Assembly: GCA_965140785.1 (NCBI GenBank)
Contig: OZ223481.1
Span: 256,001-320,000, forward strand
DNA: 64,000 nt
Source: an uncultured Ruficoccus sp.
GTDB taxonomy: Bacteria > Verrucomicrobiota > Verrucomicrobiia > Opitutales > Cerasicoccaceae
Direction of reading: 5' to 3'
Below are positions 29,647-39,501 of the stretch, piece by piece; positions within the stretch are counted from its first letter, which is position 1, and each line of letters begins with the position of its first letter. The notes under the pieces are model-generated. The model made no database searches, was not told the origin of the DNA, and saw only the letters and a list, made by a program, of their open reading frames with translations. A program made the position numbers and the translations under genes.

Positions 29647-30768
29647 ATGAAAAGCTTACTCTCTAGACTGTTGTTCATCCTCTTCATTCCCTTTGCCCTT
29701 CATGCCGATTCCCTCACCGTCGAGGGAGATCTTAACATCGAGGGCTCTCTCCGTATTATCCCGCAGACAGTTCCTGATATTGTTTCTACAGGTATGATGT
29801 ATTTCGACTTATCTACTGGTGAACTCATAGTATATAATGGTGAAAAGTGGATATCGCTTACTGAAACTGCCACTATTATCAATACCTCAGGTGGTATCTA
29901 TTCTCTATCGCTGGGAAAAGATTCATCTGCGAGTGGGGGCAGAGCCATTGCCATAGGCGCGGATGCGATTGCGAGTGGGAATAGCTCAATCGCAATCGGG
30001 CAATATGCTAATGCGGGGGCATCGAATGCTATAGCTTTGGGCTATCATGCCACAGCGAGTGGTAATTATGCTACGGCTTGGGGCGCCGGTCCAGAGGCCA
30101 GTGGTGTGGCTGCTACGGCTTGGGGTTGGACAACCGAGGCAAGTGGTGACTATTCCACAGCTTTTGGACAGAACACAGCAGCAAGCGGTGATTATTCTGC
30201 GACTTGGGGAAACTATTCAGAAGCAAGTGGTGACTACTCCACAGCTTGGGGGGAATGGGGGAGAGCTATAGGTGATTTTGCTACGGCTTGGGGTGCCGCC
30301 ACATATGCCATCGGCGACTATTCCACGGCATGGGGACATCGGACCCATGCTGAGTCGTATTCTTCTAGCGCCCTTGGGTGTTGGAATATTGGTGGCTATA
30401 CTTACTCTGATGATGGCGTTGACACCAATGATGGCGATACTCAGTGGTTCGATTTGGATCCACTCCTTGAAGTCGGAAATGGTGACTACTCAGCGCGCTC
30501 CAACGCCCTGACCGTCATCAAAAACGGCCAGACCACCCTGGAGAATAAGTATTGGGACGAAGAGATGCCCACCGCCATTCCCGCCGACCCGGACACCGCA
30601 CTGAACGGCGACCAGTCCTCCGCCGGCGAAGCCCTCGTCGTCAAAGGCCATACAAACCTGAATGGTAATCTTACAGTTCAAGGGAATGTCAGTATGCCTC
30701 GGCAGGGAGATATCTGGATGGGGGCTTTTGGCAATCCTGAGGATTCGTGGCAGCAAAGCGGCTCCTGA
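29647..30768 (+). CDS. Secreted YadA-head-like (14-aa repeat) beta-roll protein without a beta-barrel anchor
   Basis: Signal MKSLLSRLLFILFIPFALHA; about 12 repeats of type ASGDYSTAWGxxxx; ends PRQGDIWMGAFG. Confidence 0.82.
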   Translation: MKSLLSRLLFILFIPFALHADSLTVEGDLNIEGSLRIIPQTVPDIVSTGMMYFDLSTGELIVYNGEKWISLTETATIINTSGGIYSLSLGKDSSASGGRAIAIGADAIASGNSSIAIGQYANAGASNAIALGYHATASGNYATAWGAGPEASGVAATAWGWTTEASGDYSTAFGQNTAASGDYSATWGNYSEASGDYSTAWGEWGRAIGDFATAWGAATYAIGDYSTAWGHRTHAESYSSSALGCWNIGGYTYSDDGVDTNDGDTQWFDLDPLLEVGNGDYSARSNALTVIKNGQTTLENKYWDEEMPTAIPADPDTALNGDQSSAGEALVVKGHTNLNGNLTVQGNVSMPRQGDIWMGAFGNPEDSWQQSGS

Positions 30769-30860
30769 GTTCAGATACTACAGCTTCCATTTCCACGATT
30801 TCCGTCAAACAATTCAACTGCATCCCTCGTGCTTGATTCAATTTTGCGAAACTACATTCC

Positions 30861-31955
30861 ATGATCCGCCGCTTTCTCCTTTCTTTGATACTCTTCCTTC
30901 TGAGCGCAACCACTTGGGCCGATTCAGAGCCTGCAGCCTATCCCCAGTGGTGGTTAGATAGGGGAGTCGTTAATGCTCAGCCGCCCACTCCAACCGATTT
31001 CAACTATGAGGCTTGGATGCAGGCTAACTATGCCCCCGCCAACCTCGGGCAACTCAAAATGATTGCGAGTGGTGCAAAGGCCGAGCTGGACGCAGTACTC
31101 GCCCCGGTTGGCGGGGCAGGTCCAGTCATTGATAGTGTAGTGAGTTTATTTTCGACTGATCCATCAGATAACTATGCGGTGTTAAATCAAGGGCAGCTAA
31201 AATATATTTCATCGTTGTTCTTTAATAGACTGGGGGATGTCACTTTCAACGGATGGCCTGCCAATTATACGCTAGACTCTAGTACAGGATATCCGTGGAC
31301 GGAATCCGTTACCGATGACGCTCATTATGCGCCTGCGAATACTGGCCAACTAAAGTATCTATTTTTGTGGGATCTCAATGCTTGGGCGGATTCGATAGAT
31401 TACAGTACCATTGATGCAGACGGTGATGGTCTCGGTGATATTTGGGAAATTGCTTATAATCTTAGTCCCTTTGACGATGGGGGTTCTGACAGTATCAATG
31501 GTCCTAATGGAGATCCCGATGGCGATGGGCTTACGAATTTGCAAGAGTATGAGGTGGCCCAAACCTTCGCCAATGCTGCCGATCCATCACTTTTGAGTCC
31601 GCGAGCAAATGATTCAGATGGAGATGGGCGTATTGATGGCGTGGAGGTTGCCGATGGTACGGATCCAACCGATTATTATAATTTAGCATCGCCTGTGTTT
31701 AAGCGTACTCCCGTAGTCGAGGTTCTCTCTGGAGATGACCAGACGGTAGGGCCGGGTGAGATACTGGCTAACGCCATTAGTGTCAAGGTTACCGCCCAAG
31801 AGGATGGCAGCTTGCTCGTAAATGCGCCTCTATGCATCAGTCCTGAAGCTTTAGGTGCCATGGTTGGGGTATTGCCCGATGGCTCTGATTTAAAGGAATC
31901 AATCATCGTTTACACCAACGCCAGTGGGATCGCTACTTTCTACGTTAAGCCATAA
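30861..31955 (+). CDS. Secreted protein with three (N/H)YAxxNxGQLK repeats, TSP3-like repeats and a C-terminal Ig-like domain
   Basis: Signal peptide; NYAPANLGQLK, NYAVLNQGQLK, HYAPANTGQLK; DADGDG/DPDGDG/DSDGDG; SGDDQT...TNASGIAT. Confidence 0.8.
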   Translation: MIRRFLLSLILFLLSATTWADSEPAAYPQWWLDRGVVNAQPPTPTDFNYEAWMQANYAPANLGQLKMIASGAKAELDAVLAPVGGAGPVIDSVVSLFSTDPSDNYAVLNQGQLKYISSLFFNRLGDVTFNGWPANYTLDSSTGYPWTESVTDDAHYAPANTGQLKYLFLWDLNAWADSIDYSTIDADGDGLGDIWEIAYNLSPFDDGGSDSINGPNGDPDGDGLTNLQEYEVAQTFANAADPSLLSPRANDSDGDGRIDGVEVADGTDPTDYYNLASPVFKRTPVVEVLSGDDQTVGPGEILANAISVKVTAQEDGSLLVNAPLCISPEALGAMVGVLPDGSDLKESIIVYTNASGIATFYVKP

Positions 31956-32003
31956 GGCGGTCATTATCGCTACTGTTCCTAAAAATACTTTTATTCCTTC
32001 GCT

Positions 32004-35000
32004 ATGAATTGGACTGCTACCCTATTAACTGTTGCTTGTTGCGCACCGTTGATATCCCAATCACTGCTCGCTGACAGCCTAGTGGCCACGGCCCCTACCG
32101 AGTCTGTCGGGTCGAAATACCGGAAAATCGGACTCAATGGCTATCCGATGCCAGATCAGAAGCCGCAGAATGAGGCGGAAACTGATTATCAGGATGAGGA
32201 AACCTATATCGATGCGCTAGATCTCACATTGCGCCACAGTGTAACGGATATTTATATTCCCATTCCCGGCAGTGACCTATCGCTATCAGTGCGAAGAAAT
32301 TACAGACCGGAAACGTGGAGTGACCCAGAGGCGCAGTACTTTCTACCCGGTGAGGCCCCTGAGGATGCTTTCGGTGCTTGCTGGTCGACCAATTTGACGC
32401 CTCATGTCAAGATGGAGGCTACGCAAAGCTGCTTCGGCACAAGTAGCAGCTATAGTTTCACCCGGTACATTACAGTGGTTGATGAAAATGGGGCATCGCA
32501 TCGGTTTCTCATGCTGCTTCCTTCTGGAAATAGCTATGAGTTTTGGACTCAAAGCGTACAAAGTCCTGAAGGTTGGTGGATGACCTTTGATTTGAACACA
32601 ATACCAGACGATGCGCTTTTTTACCCCTATCCTTCTTCTGATGAGGCCTTGGATACTCTGCAAAGTAAATTGACCTATGATCCAAATGCGGAAGAACTTA
32701 CTTTTACAAAGAAATACGGGACGACTATTGTTTTTTCAGATAGTGGGTTGGGGCTCGAGGATCAGTTGAAATATACTGAAGAGGAGAATTATCTAGGGAA
32801 CGCAATTGATCAGTTTGGAATCACCAGACAGCAACTTGGTGATGTTTCTAATCACCCAAAGTTTGTCGAACCATTTGGTTCTATCAATCTAGCTCGTGGC
32901 CCGTCTCCAGTTTCATCCATTACGAGGAAGTCGTATCGTTATTTTAGGGCAGTATCTATTCAGGATCGCAATGGAAATTTCCTAAATTATTCTTATGATT
33001 CGGATAATTATACTCTGGTTCCAAATCACATATTTCTTAACGAGTCTATATTTCATGCGATCACGGTCCATCTGTCGCCAGGGAATACATTGCCTATATT
33101 AAGTGTTGAAGATCCATTGGGTAATGTAATAAGTTATGTATACAATGAAATTGGGTATACTTACATGGAAGCTAATGTAAGTTATGATAGGCCAATTGCT
33201 GTGCTAGATTATGTCGAAAAATCAGGCCCGGATGGTATAGAATGTAAGACAGATTATGACTACGTTTACAGCTTGGAGGCGGACCAAACACCACAGTACC
33301 TACAACCAATACGCGCTACAGGAAGCTTGAATCCTAAAGCTTATTGGAAGGAGCTTCCTGCCAGTCATATAGACATTGAGTCCATATCACAGATTGTGCC
33401 GGACGGCGCAGATGATGTTGAAGAGTATGAATACGCTTTTGAGTATGTGTTCAATGACCATATGGAGTCCTATGAAATAAATGATTCACCATATTCGCCT
33501 TTTATCGGTTACTATCAGTCCATTGGCCTTCCATCCCAAGTGTCGGCAGTCACCCTGCCCAATGGTTCGGAAGCAACATTTACATCTTATGGTCAGGTGA
33601 AGGCGGGTTTTGCGCACGGCGCCGGTGTAGAAACATTCGTTGATGGATACTTAGTGCCGAATGTGACTATCGTGGGTGATCGCGAAACTGTTGTTATCGA
33701 TACGGAAGGCAATGAACGGACATATCGATTTAAAAATTACGACTACATCAAATTGTACGAATATTTTACGGCTATCCCCAATTACCGTAACTTAAGAACC
33801 CCGCCTACGATCCTGTTTTATGAACTGATGGAGATCGTCCATCCGGGTAACCTTGTCGAGAAAGTTGTCTATGATAGTGAAGTTGGTAGCATGCCTATTG
33901 AGGTTTACGATGTTTACGGAAATAAAACTACTTTTGAATACGGTGAGCCTATCGAGGCTAATACGACTGTCCTGGGGGTAAACGGACAGAATAATACTTT
34001 TTCTGCCTACAGCCCCGACCCAACAAAGCAAATCAATGCGCTGGATGATGAGCAGGTCTTTGCCTACGATGTGGATCTGGATGGTGTCGCGCTGCATGCC
34101 CCTGCGGATTCATACCATCTGATGACAACGTTCATCGACGAGGAAAACCGCATAACATATACTCCTGTCGATGCATTGGGGCGTCGTGAGACTCAGGAAA
34201 TATATCAGCCGGATGGCTCAGGCGGTCATGAGCTTGTCCAGCGAACCCAGTATGAATATGGGCAAGACTTTGGTGGTATTGTCAAATACAAGGGTGTGGT
34301 GACGAGAGAGACCTTGGAGTCGCTTCCCGGGGATCCTGATTGGGCGGAGGATTTGGTAACCGAGTACACCTTGTACGATGAGGGGGAGGCGAATGGCTTT
34401 CCGGGTAAGATAAAGGAAATGACTGTCGATCCGGGAGGGCTGAATCTCAAGACAGTTTATACCTATGATGCGAACGGCAATCGGACATCGATGACGTCGC
34501 CACGTGCTTTTGATACCGCCGATCCGCTCTATGGGGGAAATTTTACGACCTACTATGTGTATGATGCCCGAAATCGCTTGACGGATATTGTTTATCCGCC
34601 GGCCTCAAGTGCGACTGATATGGGCGCGCCTCGCACGACCTATGTCTATGATTGGCGTGGGAAACAGGTTGGGGTGATTGACGAGGAGGGGGGCGTCACG
34701 GTTAAGCACTATGACGCACTGGGACGGCAAATTAAGGAGATTGTCGTCATGGGGCCTGCGTCCGGTTTTGATACGAGTGACCCCCAGACGTTTCTGTCAT
34801 ACACTCCCGATCAAGACGGGGTGATGCCAGACGATATCGTGACCTCGATGACGTATAATAATTTAAATGCAAAGCTGACGGAGACTGATCCGAATGGGAA
34901 CGTGACCGAGTTTTTTTATGACGATTTAAACCGCGTCATCGCCACCCGAAAGAGCACTGTCCGGGAAGTTGATTATACCAATGCGCAGGATCGTAATGTT

Positions 35001-38000
35001 CAGCCCATCACGTGGTTTTACTACGGGGAAAATAGCGGTTCGGGATCGATTTTTAAGGGGGAATCCTTCAAGCCAACTCATACGATTGATATGCGTGGCT
35101 ATCTGACGGTGGCCGAGTACGACGAGCTTTATCGATCGACGGCGGTTGCCCAGCAGTATGATCATCCGGTTAATATTACATCGCTTGATCCGCATGTCTT
35201 TCCATTAACCCCTCCAAGTATCGGTAGTCTGGCAGCCGCTGACTATGCTGTGACTACTTACACCTATGATGATGTCGGTAACCCCTTAACGGTTACGGAC
35301 GATTTAGGTAAGACGACAACGACACAGTACGATGCGCTTAATCGTCCAGTGAAAGTTATTTTCCAAGATACTTCTGAAGCTGAAACCAGGTACACATCCA
35401 CCGGGCTGAAGTATGAAAATGAAGATGAGCTAGACCGTTTGACGACAACGGAGTATGACGCAGCAGGACGAGCTGTTGCTGTCCTTCAACCGACGGTGTT
35501 CGATGCTGCCGCTGGCCAAGACGACACTCCGGAGACCACACAGGCCTATGATGCCAATGGCAATATGATTGCCATGACCAACCCATTGGAGGCCACTTGG
35601 AACTATGAATATGATGTGCGCGATCGCCGTATCAAAGAAATATTACCCGCGGTCGATTACATCAATGAGGCCGGAGGCTGGAGTGACGATAATCCTGTTC
35701 GGCCGGAGATTGAAACGACCTACGATAACGTAGGAAACGTGATTGCCGTCACTGATCCGCGCGATAAAACAACCCACACCCGCTACGACCCTGCGAAGCG
35801 ACCGATTTTTGTCATTTCGCCGTTGGTGGCTCTGGCCGACTCGAGCTCGCTTCGTCCGGTGGCGATTACCGAGTATGACCTCAACGGGAACATTCTTTAC
35901 CAGAAAACGGGTAGCTTGTCCGCTGGGGCTGATCCTGCTGAGGATACGCCTTCCGAGGTGCGGACAGAGGTTACGAACACCTGGGATGCGCTGAACCGGC
36001 TCACTGCCACAGAGGATGCGAATGCGATCGTGGTGCAAAATACCTACGACCTGGCCGGGAACCTGACGTCTGTCACAGACGGGGAGGAGCAGGTGACGAA
36101 ATTCGAATACGATGGGCTCAACCGCAATACCGTCACCGAGTACGCCGATGGCGAGCAGAAGGTTGTTGCGTTTAATGGGGTTAATCAGGTCACGCGCACG
36201 GATGAAAACGGGGTCGTCACCCGCTATGGCTACGATGACCGTCACCGCCTGGAAACAGTCGATTACGAGGACGATAGCTCCGTTGACAGAAGTTACACCT
36301 ACGACCTGGTAGGTAATATCCTCGGCGTGGAGGAGTCCGGTGACCATGGCGATTTGCGGAAGGTGAAGTATGTCTATGACGGTCTTAACCGCATTGGTGG
36401 GGAGAAGTCGGCCGGGCTCTGGCACGTGTACCGGTATGATTTGGCGGGTAACAGGTTGTTTGCGGGATACGGGGCTGCCCTGAGCAGTGATCCGGCTACC
36501 GTGGAGGCTGCTTACCAGGTGTCCTCGTCCGAGTTTGATACGCAGCTTCGCTCGACCTATGACGCGTTGAATCGCACCGCCACGATCTATGAGGATACTG
36601 ATGGTGACGGCACCTACACGACCGGCGAGCGGGAGAGTGGCTACCGTTATGACCTGGCGGGAAATATCCGGCAGAAGCTTCAGGCTAACGGGCACATCGT
36701 GCTCAAAACCTACGATGCGCTCGGGCGCGCCTCGGTCATCACGGGGCCCAATGGCACCGATACGCAGCCCCTCTACCGTTACGCTAACTTTTACGATATC
36801 TACGGCAACCTCAAGCGCATCGAGGAAACCTACCCCAGTGCGGCTGCGAAGATCGATGACCGCACGGTGACCAACACCTACGACGCGTCTAATCGCCTGG
36901 AGGTCGAGTCCATCACCCAGGGGAGCGACACGATTACCACGACCTACGCCTATGACGACGCGAACAACCGCGTGCTGCGCGAAGTGACGACCAACGAGAC
37001 TGTCGATGAGCGCAAGCGCTACGTGTATGAGAACGACCTGAACCAGCTCACCTACTGGTATGAGGACTGGGACGACGATGGCGCCTGGGATGAGGACACG
37101 GAGGTCAAGGTCGGCTTCACCTACGACGACAATGGCAACCGCGTCACGAGTACGCGGGTCGATGGCTCGTCCACGACCACGGTCACCTATGGCTATGACT
37201 GGGAAAACCGCCTGCTGAGTTTGGCTGAGGAGAAGCTGGTCTCCAATCAGGTCAACCTGCACGCCGGCACGCTGGCCACCGGGGAGCCGACGGCTGTCGT
37301 GACCTATCACTTTGTCGAAAATCAGGCCTATGCCTACGCCTACGATTATCGTACCCGGCGCGTGCTCCGGGACGAGTCCGGGGCGGACGGGGATTTGACG
37401 TATATTGTTTTCTCGGGCGGCACCAGCGCCCAGGAGTACACCGAGGCCGGGAGCGTGCCCGGTCTGGACGGAGCTGACACGCTGGCTGTCCAGTATGTGC
37501 GCGGGAGCGACTATGGGGGTGGCGTGGGGGGCATTCTTTATACCTTGCGCTCGGGGTCGGCCTCCTTTAAGCATTACAACAGTCGGGGCGACGTTGTTGC
37601 CGCGACCGATGGTTCTGGTTCTTTGACTTATCAGGCGGCTTACGAAGCCTACGGCAAGCACGGGGATACGTCTTCGTCGCAGGAGTGGGGCGATACGAGC
37701 GACCGCCAGCAGGCCAACACCAAAGACGAAGACCCGACGGGACTCCTGAACGAAGGCTTCCGCTACCGCGACCTGGAAACGGGCACCTTCATCACCCGCG
37801 ACCCACTCGGTTTCGTTGACGGCCCCAATGTCTACACCTACGTCAACCAGAATCCCTGGACCAAGTTCGACCCACAAGGGCTGGAGAAAAAGAAAGACAA
37901 AAAGAAACCAGAGCAGGAGGCTGATGGTAGTTCAAGCACTCAGGATGTGAAGACTGATAGTGTTGATGCGGGTACAAATCAATCTCCATCGGACTCAACG

Positions 38001-38615
38001 GATGCTACATCTGAAAAGGTCGGTAAGTTTAACGCTGCTACATCTGAGGCGACGAAAGCAAATGATTCCTCGGAATCTGCACGTTCTGAGGCAGAGCCAT
38101 GGATAAATGAAGTCCAGTTGTTTGGCGGGATAACAGGTACGATTGGGAAATTTATGTATGCTCATGGCGAGACTAACTTGGGAGTCTCAGTGCCGACATA
38201 TTCTGATGGCATTTTAAATACCATTTTGGATACAAAGTTATTTTTTCATGCTCAAGGAGCACTTATGGGTGGCGTTGGACCAGCTGCTGAACTTGGTGGG
38301 CAATTTGGAGGGGGACTGTCCTTCGATGATGTGGAATCAGGTTTATCTACGTTTAATACCATTCATTGTGAGGGACAAGGGGGTGTTGGCAGTACTTTTG
38401 GTATGGCCGTAGATGTCGACATTGAAAATACAGCTTTTTCAGGAGGAAAAGGAAGAGTTGAGGTTGGTGCTTCTGCTTATGGTGCTGCTGGGGCAGCAAA
38501 AAATGTTATGGTAGTAACCCCATCCTTAAGGGAGATATCGGATGCGTCTATAAAGGCACAAACCCAAATACCACTCATGTTACCATTGTGGAATCTGTTT
38601 GGAGGGGATGAGTGA
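32004..38615 (+). CDS. rhs: Rhs/YD-repeat polymorphic toxin with an N-terminal signal peptide
   Basis: Many YDxxGN/YDxLNR repeats; core RYRDLETGTFITRDPLGFVDGPNVYTYVNQNPWTKFDPQGL; AT-rich 243-aa C-terminal tip from 37884. Confidence 0.95.
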   Translation: MNWTATLLTVACCAPLISQSLLADSLVATAPTESVGSKYRKIGLNGYPMPDQKPQNEAETDYQDEETYIDALDLTLRHSVTDIYIPIPGSDLSLSVRRNYRPETWSDPEAQYFLPGEAPEDAFGACWSTNLTPHVKMEATQSCFGTSSSYSFTRYITVVDENGASHRFLMLLPSGNSYEFWTQSVQSPEGWWMTFDLNTIPDDALFYPYPSSDEALDTLQSKLTYDPNAEELTFTKKYGTTIVFSDSGLGLEDQLKYTEEENYLGNAIDQFGITRQQLGDVSNHPKFVEPFGSINLARGPSPVSSITRKSYRYFRAVSIQDRNGNFLNYSYDSDNYTLVPNHIFLNESIFHAITVHLSPGNTLPILSVEDPLGNVISYVYNEIGYTYMEANVSYDRPIAVLDYVEKSGPDGIECKTDYDYVYSLEADQTPQYLQPIRATGSLNPKAYWKELPASHIDIESISQIVPDGADDVEEYEYAFEYVFNDHMESYEINDSPYSPFIGYYQSIGLPSQVSAVTLPNGSEATFTSYGQVKAGFAHGAGVETFVDGYLVPNVTIVGDRETVVIDTEGNERTYRFKNYDYIKLYEYFTAIPNYRNLRTPPTILFYELMEIVHPGNLVEKVVYDSEVGSMPIEVYDVYGNKTTFEYGEPIEANTTVLGVNGQNNTFSAYSPDPTKQINALDDEQVFAYDVDLDGVALHAPADSYHLMTTFIDEENRITYTPVDALGRRETQEIYQPDGSGGHELVQRTQYEYGQDFGGIVKYKGVVTRETLESLPGDPDWAEDLVTEYTLYDEGEANGFPGKIKEMTVDPGGLNLKTVYTYDANGNRTSMTSPRAFDTADPLYGGNFTTYYVYDARNRLTDIVYPPASSATDMGAPRTTYVYDWRGKQVGVIDEEGGVTVKHYDALGRQIKEIVVMGPASGFDTSDPQTFLSYTPDQDGVMPDDIVTSMTYNNLNAKLTETDPNGNVTEFFYDDLNRVIATRKSTVREVDYTNAQDRNVQPITWFYYGENSGSGSIFKGESFKPTHTIDMRGYLTVAEYDELYRSTAVAQQYDHPVNITSLDPHVFPLTPPSIGSLAAADYAVTTYTYDDVGNPLTVTDDLGKTTTTQYDALNRPVKVIFQDTSEAETRYTSTGLKYENEDELDRLTTTEYDAAGRAVAVLQPTVFDAAAGQDDTPETTQAYDANGNMIAMTNPLEATWNYEYDVRDRRIKEILPAVDYINEAGGWSDDNPVRPEIETTYDNVGNVIAVTDPRDKTTHTRYDPAKRPIFVISPLVALADSSSLRPVAITEYDLNGNILYQKTGSLSAGADPAEDTPSEVRTEVTNTWDALNRLTATEDANAIVVQNTYDLAGNLTSVTDGEEQVTKFEYDGLNRNTVTEYADGEQKVVAFNGVNQVTRTDENGVVTRYGYDDRHRLETVDYEDDSSVDRSYTYDLVGNILGVEESGDHGDLRKVKYVYDGLNRIGGEKSAGLWHVYRYDLAGNRLFAGYGAALSSDPATVEAAYQVSSSEFDTQLRSTYDALNRTATIYEDTDGDGTYTTGERESGYRYDLAGNIRQKLQANGHIVLKTYDALGRASVITGPNGTDTQPLYRYANFYDIYGNLKRIEETYPSAAAKIDDRTVTNTYDASNRLEVESITQGSDTITTTYAYDDANNRVLREVTTNETVDERKRYVYENDLNQLTYWYEDWDDDGAWDEDTEVKVGFTYDDNGNRVTSTRVDGSSTTTVTYGYDWENRLLSLAEEKLVSNQVNLHAGTLATGEPTAVVTYHFVENQAYAYAYDYRTRRVLRDESGADGDLTYIVFSGGTSAQEYTEAGSVPGLDGADTLAVQYVRGSDYGGGVGGILYTLRSGSASFKHYNSRGDVVAATDGSGSLTYQAAYEAYGKHGDTSSSQEWGDTSDRQQANTKDEDPTGLLNEGFRYRDLETGTFITRDPLGFVDGPNVYTYVNQNPWTKFDPQGLEKKKDKKKPEQEADGSSSTQDVKTDSVDAGTNQSPSDSTDATSEKVGKFNAATSEATKANDSSESARSEAEPWINEVQLFGGITGTIGKFMYAHGETNLGVSVPTYSDGILNTILDTKLFFHAQGALMGGVGPAAELGGQFGGGLSFDDVESGLSTFNTIHCEGQGGVGSTFGMAVDVDIENTAFSGGKGRVEVGASAYGAAGAAKNVMVVTPSLREISDASIKAQTQIPLMLPLWNLFGGDE

Positions 38616-38818
38616 TGAAAACACTTATATCAGCATATATATTCTCTGGATGTCCGTTTTTGCTTATCGCTGTTTTTATTCTTATTGCTGGCGATGGTAA
38701 GCAATTAGGGATTGCAGCTTTATTCTTGGTGATTTTTTTAATTTTCCCATTGATTCCTTATTCTAGCGCTAGGCGTAAGATCAAGAATGATAAGAATAAC
38801 ACCAACGGCAGAACCTAA
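38615..38818 (+). CDS. Putative immunity protein, two TM helices
   Basis: ATG overlaps the rhs stop (TGATG); AT-rich; two hydrophobic segments and a basic tail. Confidence 0.72.
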   Translation: MKTLISAYIFSGCPFLLIAVFILIAGDGKQLGIAALFLVIFLIFPLIPYSSARRKIKNDKNNTNGRT

Positions 38819-38872
38819 CCCTATGGGTGCCAGACGAACCCGAAGAGGGGGAACCAGAAGGGGTCAGAACCA

Positions 38873-38952
38873 GAAGGGGTCATGTCAATAATTTAAATGT
38901 TGGTTGCTGTCTGACTTGTGTAGTTATTCTAAATTATTGACATGACCCCTTC
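38873..38952. repeat. 80-bp palindromic element, copy 1 (perfect 23-bp arms)
   Basis: GAAGGGGTCATGTCAATAATTTA - 34 nt - TAAATTATTGACATGACCCCTTC. A 16-bp tandem duplication GAACCAGAAGGGGTCA (38851-38882) overlaps its left end. Confidence 0.92.
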
Positions 38953-39139
38953 GGGTTCAACATCTACGTTCATGGCCGGCTTCGGTGTTGGATACAACAC
39001 CGAATTCAACGCTGATGCTAGTGGCGACTTAAGTCTTTCTGGGCATTATCTTACGATGCCATACGAGTGCGGAAGCCTTGCTGGATCAATTATGTCAGAG
39101 TCAAAAAAGAAATTTTCGGATAATGAGGATGATGAGTGA
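38942..39139 (+). pseudogene. Orphan toxin C-terminal fragment
   Basis: Gly-rich frame with an acidic end (NEDDE*), coupled to a membrane protein gene by the same GATGAGTGATGAA junction seen at rhs/immunity. Its 5' end is cut by the palindrome. Confidence 0.6.
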
Positions 39140-39453
39140 TGAATATATTGTTATATACGCTGATGCTTTTTTTTATGGGGTGGGTGCTCGTTTTTAAGGT
39201 TATTAGATTGAATGCATCTTTGTTTGGTGTTGTGTCTAATGTTCTTATGATGAATATAGCCGCGCTTTTGTGGGTTATTATTGGGTCTGTGTTAAAATTT
39301 CCTATATATACATTTAATGGGACGTTGAGTTCTTATGACTTCGTTGAGCCAGGACTGATTTTGTGTGTTATACTAACTCCTGTTAGCGTTATTTCTTTGG
39401 CTTATTTCAAATGGAAGAAGGGTGACGAGTTTACTATTCGAAAAAAGAAATGA
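39139..39453 (+). CDS. Putative orphan immunity protein, three TM helices
   Basis: Very AT-rich, three hydrophobic segments, KKK tail, TGATG coupling with GAGG upstream. Confidence 0.7.
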   Translation: MNILLYTLMLFFMGWVLVFKVIRLNASLFGVVSNVLMMNIAALLWVIIGSVLKFPIYTFNGTLSSYDFVEPGLILCVILTPVSVISLAYFKWKKGDEFTIRKKK

Positions 39454-39501
39454 TTACGGCTTGATGCCCCCCTTCGCCTTCCGTCCCGTCCCTTGAGGCT
39501 T

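Noticed and set aside
29900..30400. Periodic 42-bp DNA repeats as a possible array or DGR template
   Set aside because: Explained by 14-aa protein repeats with synonymous variation. No reverse transcriptase and no adenine-specific TR/VR pair was seen.
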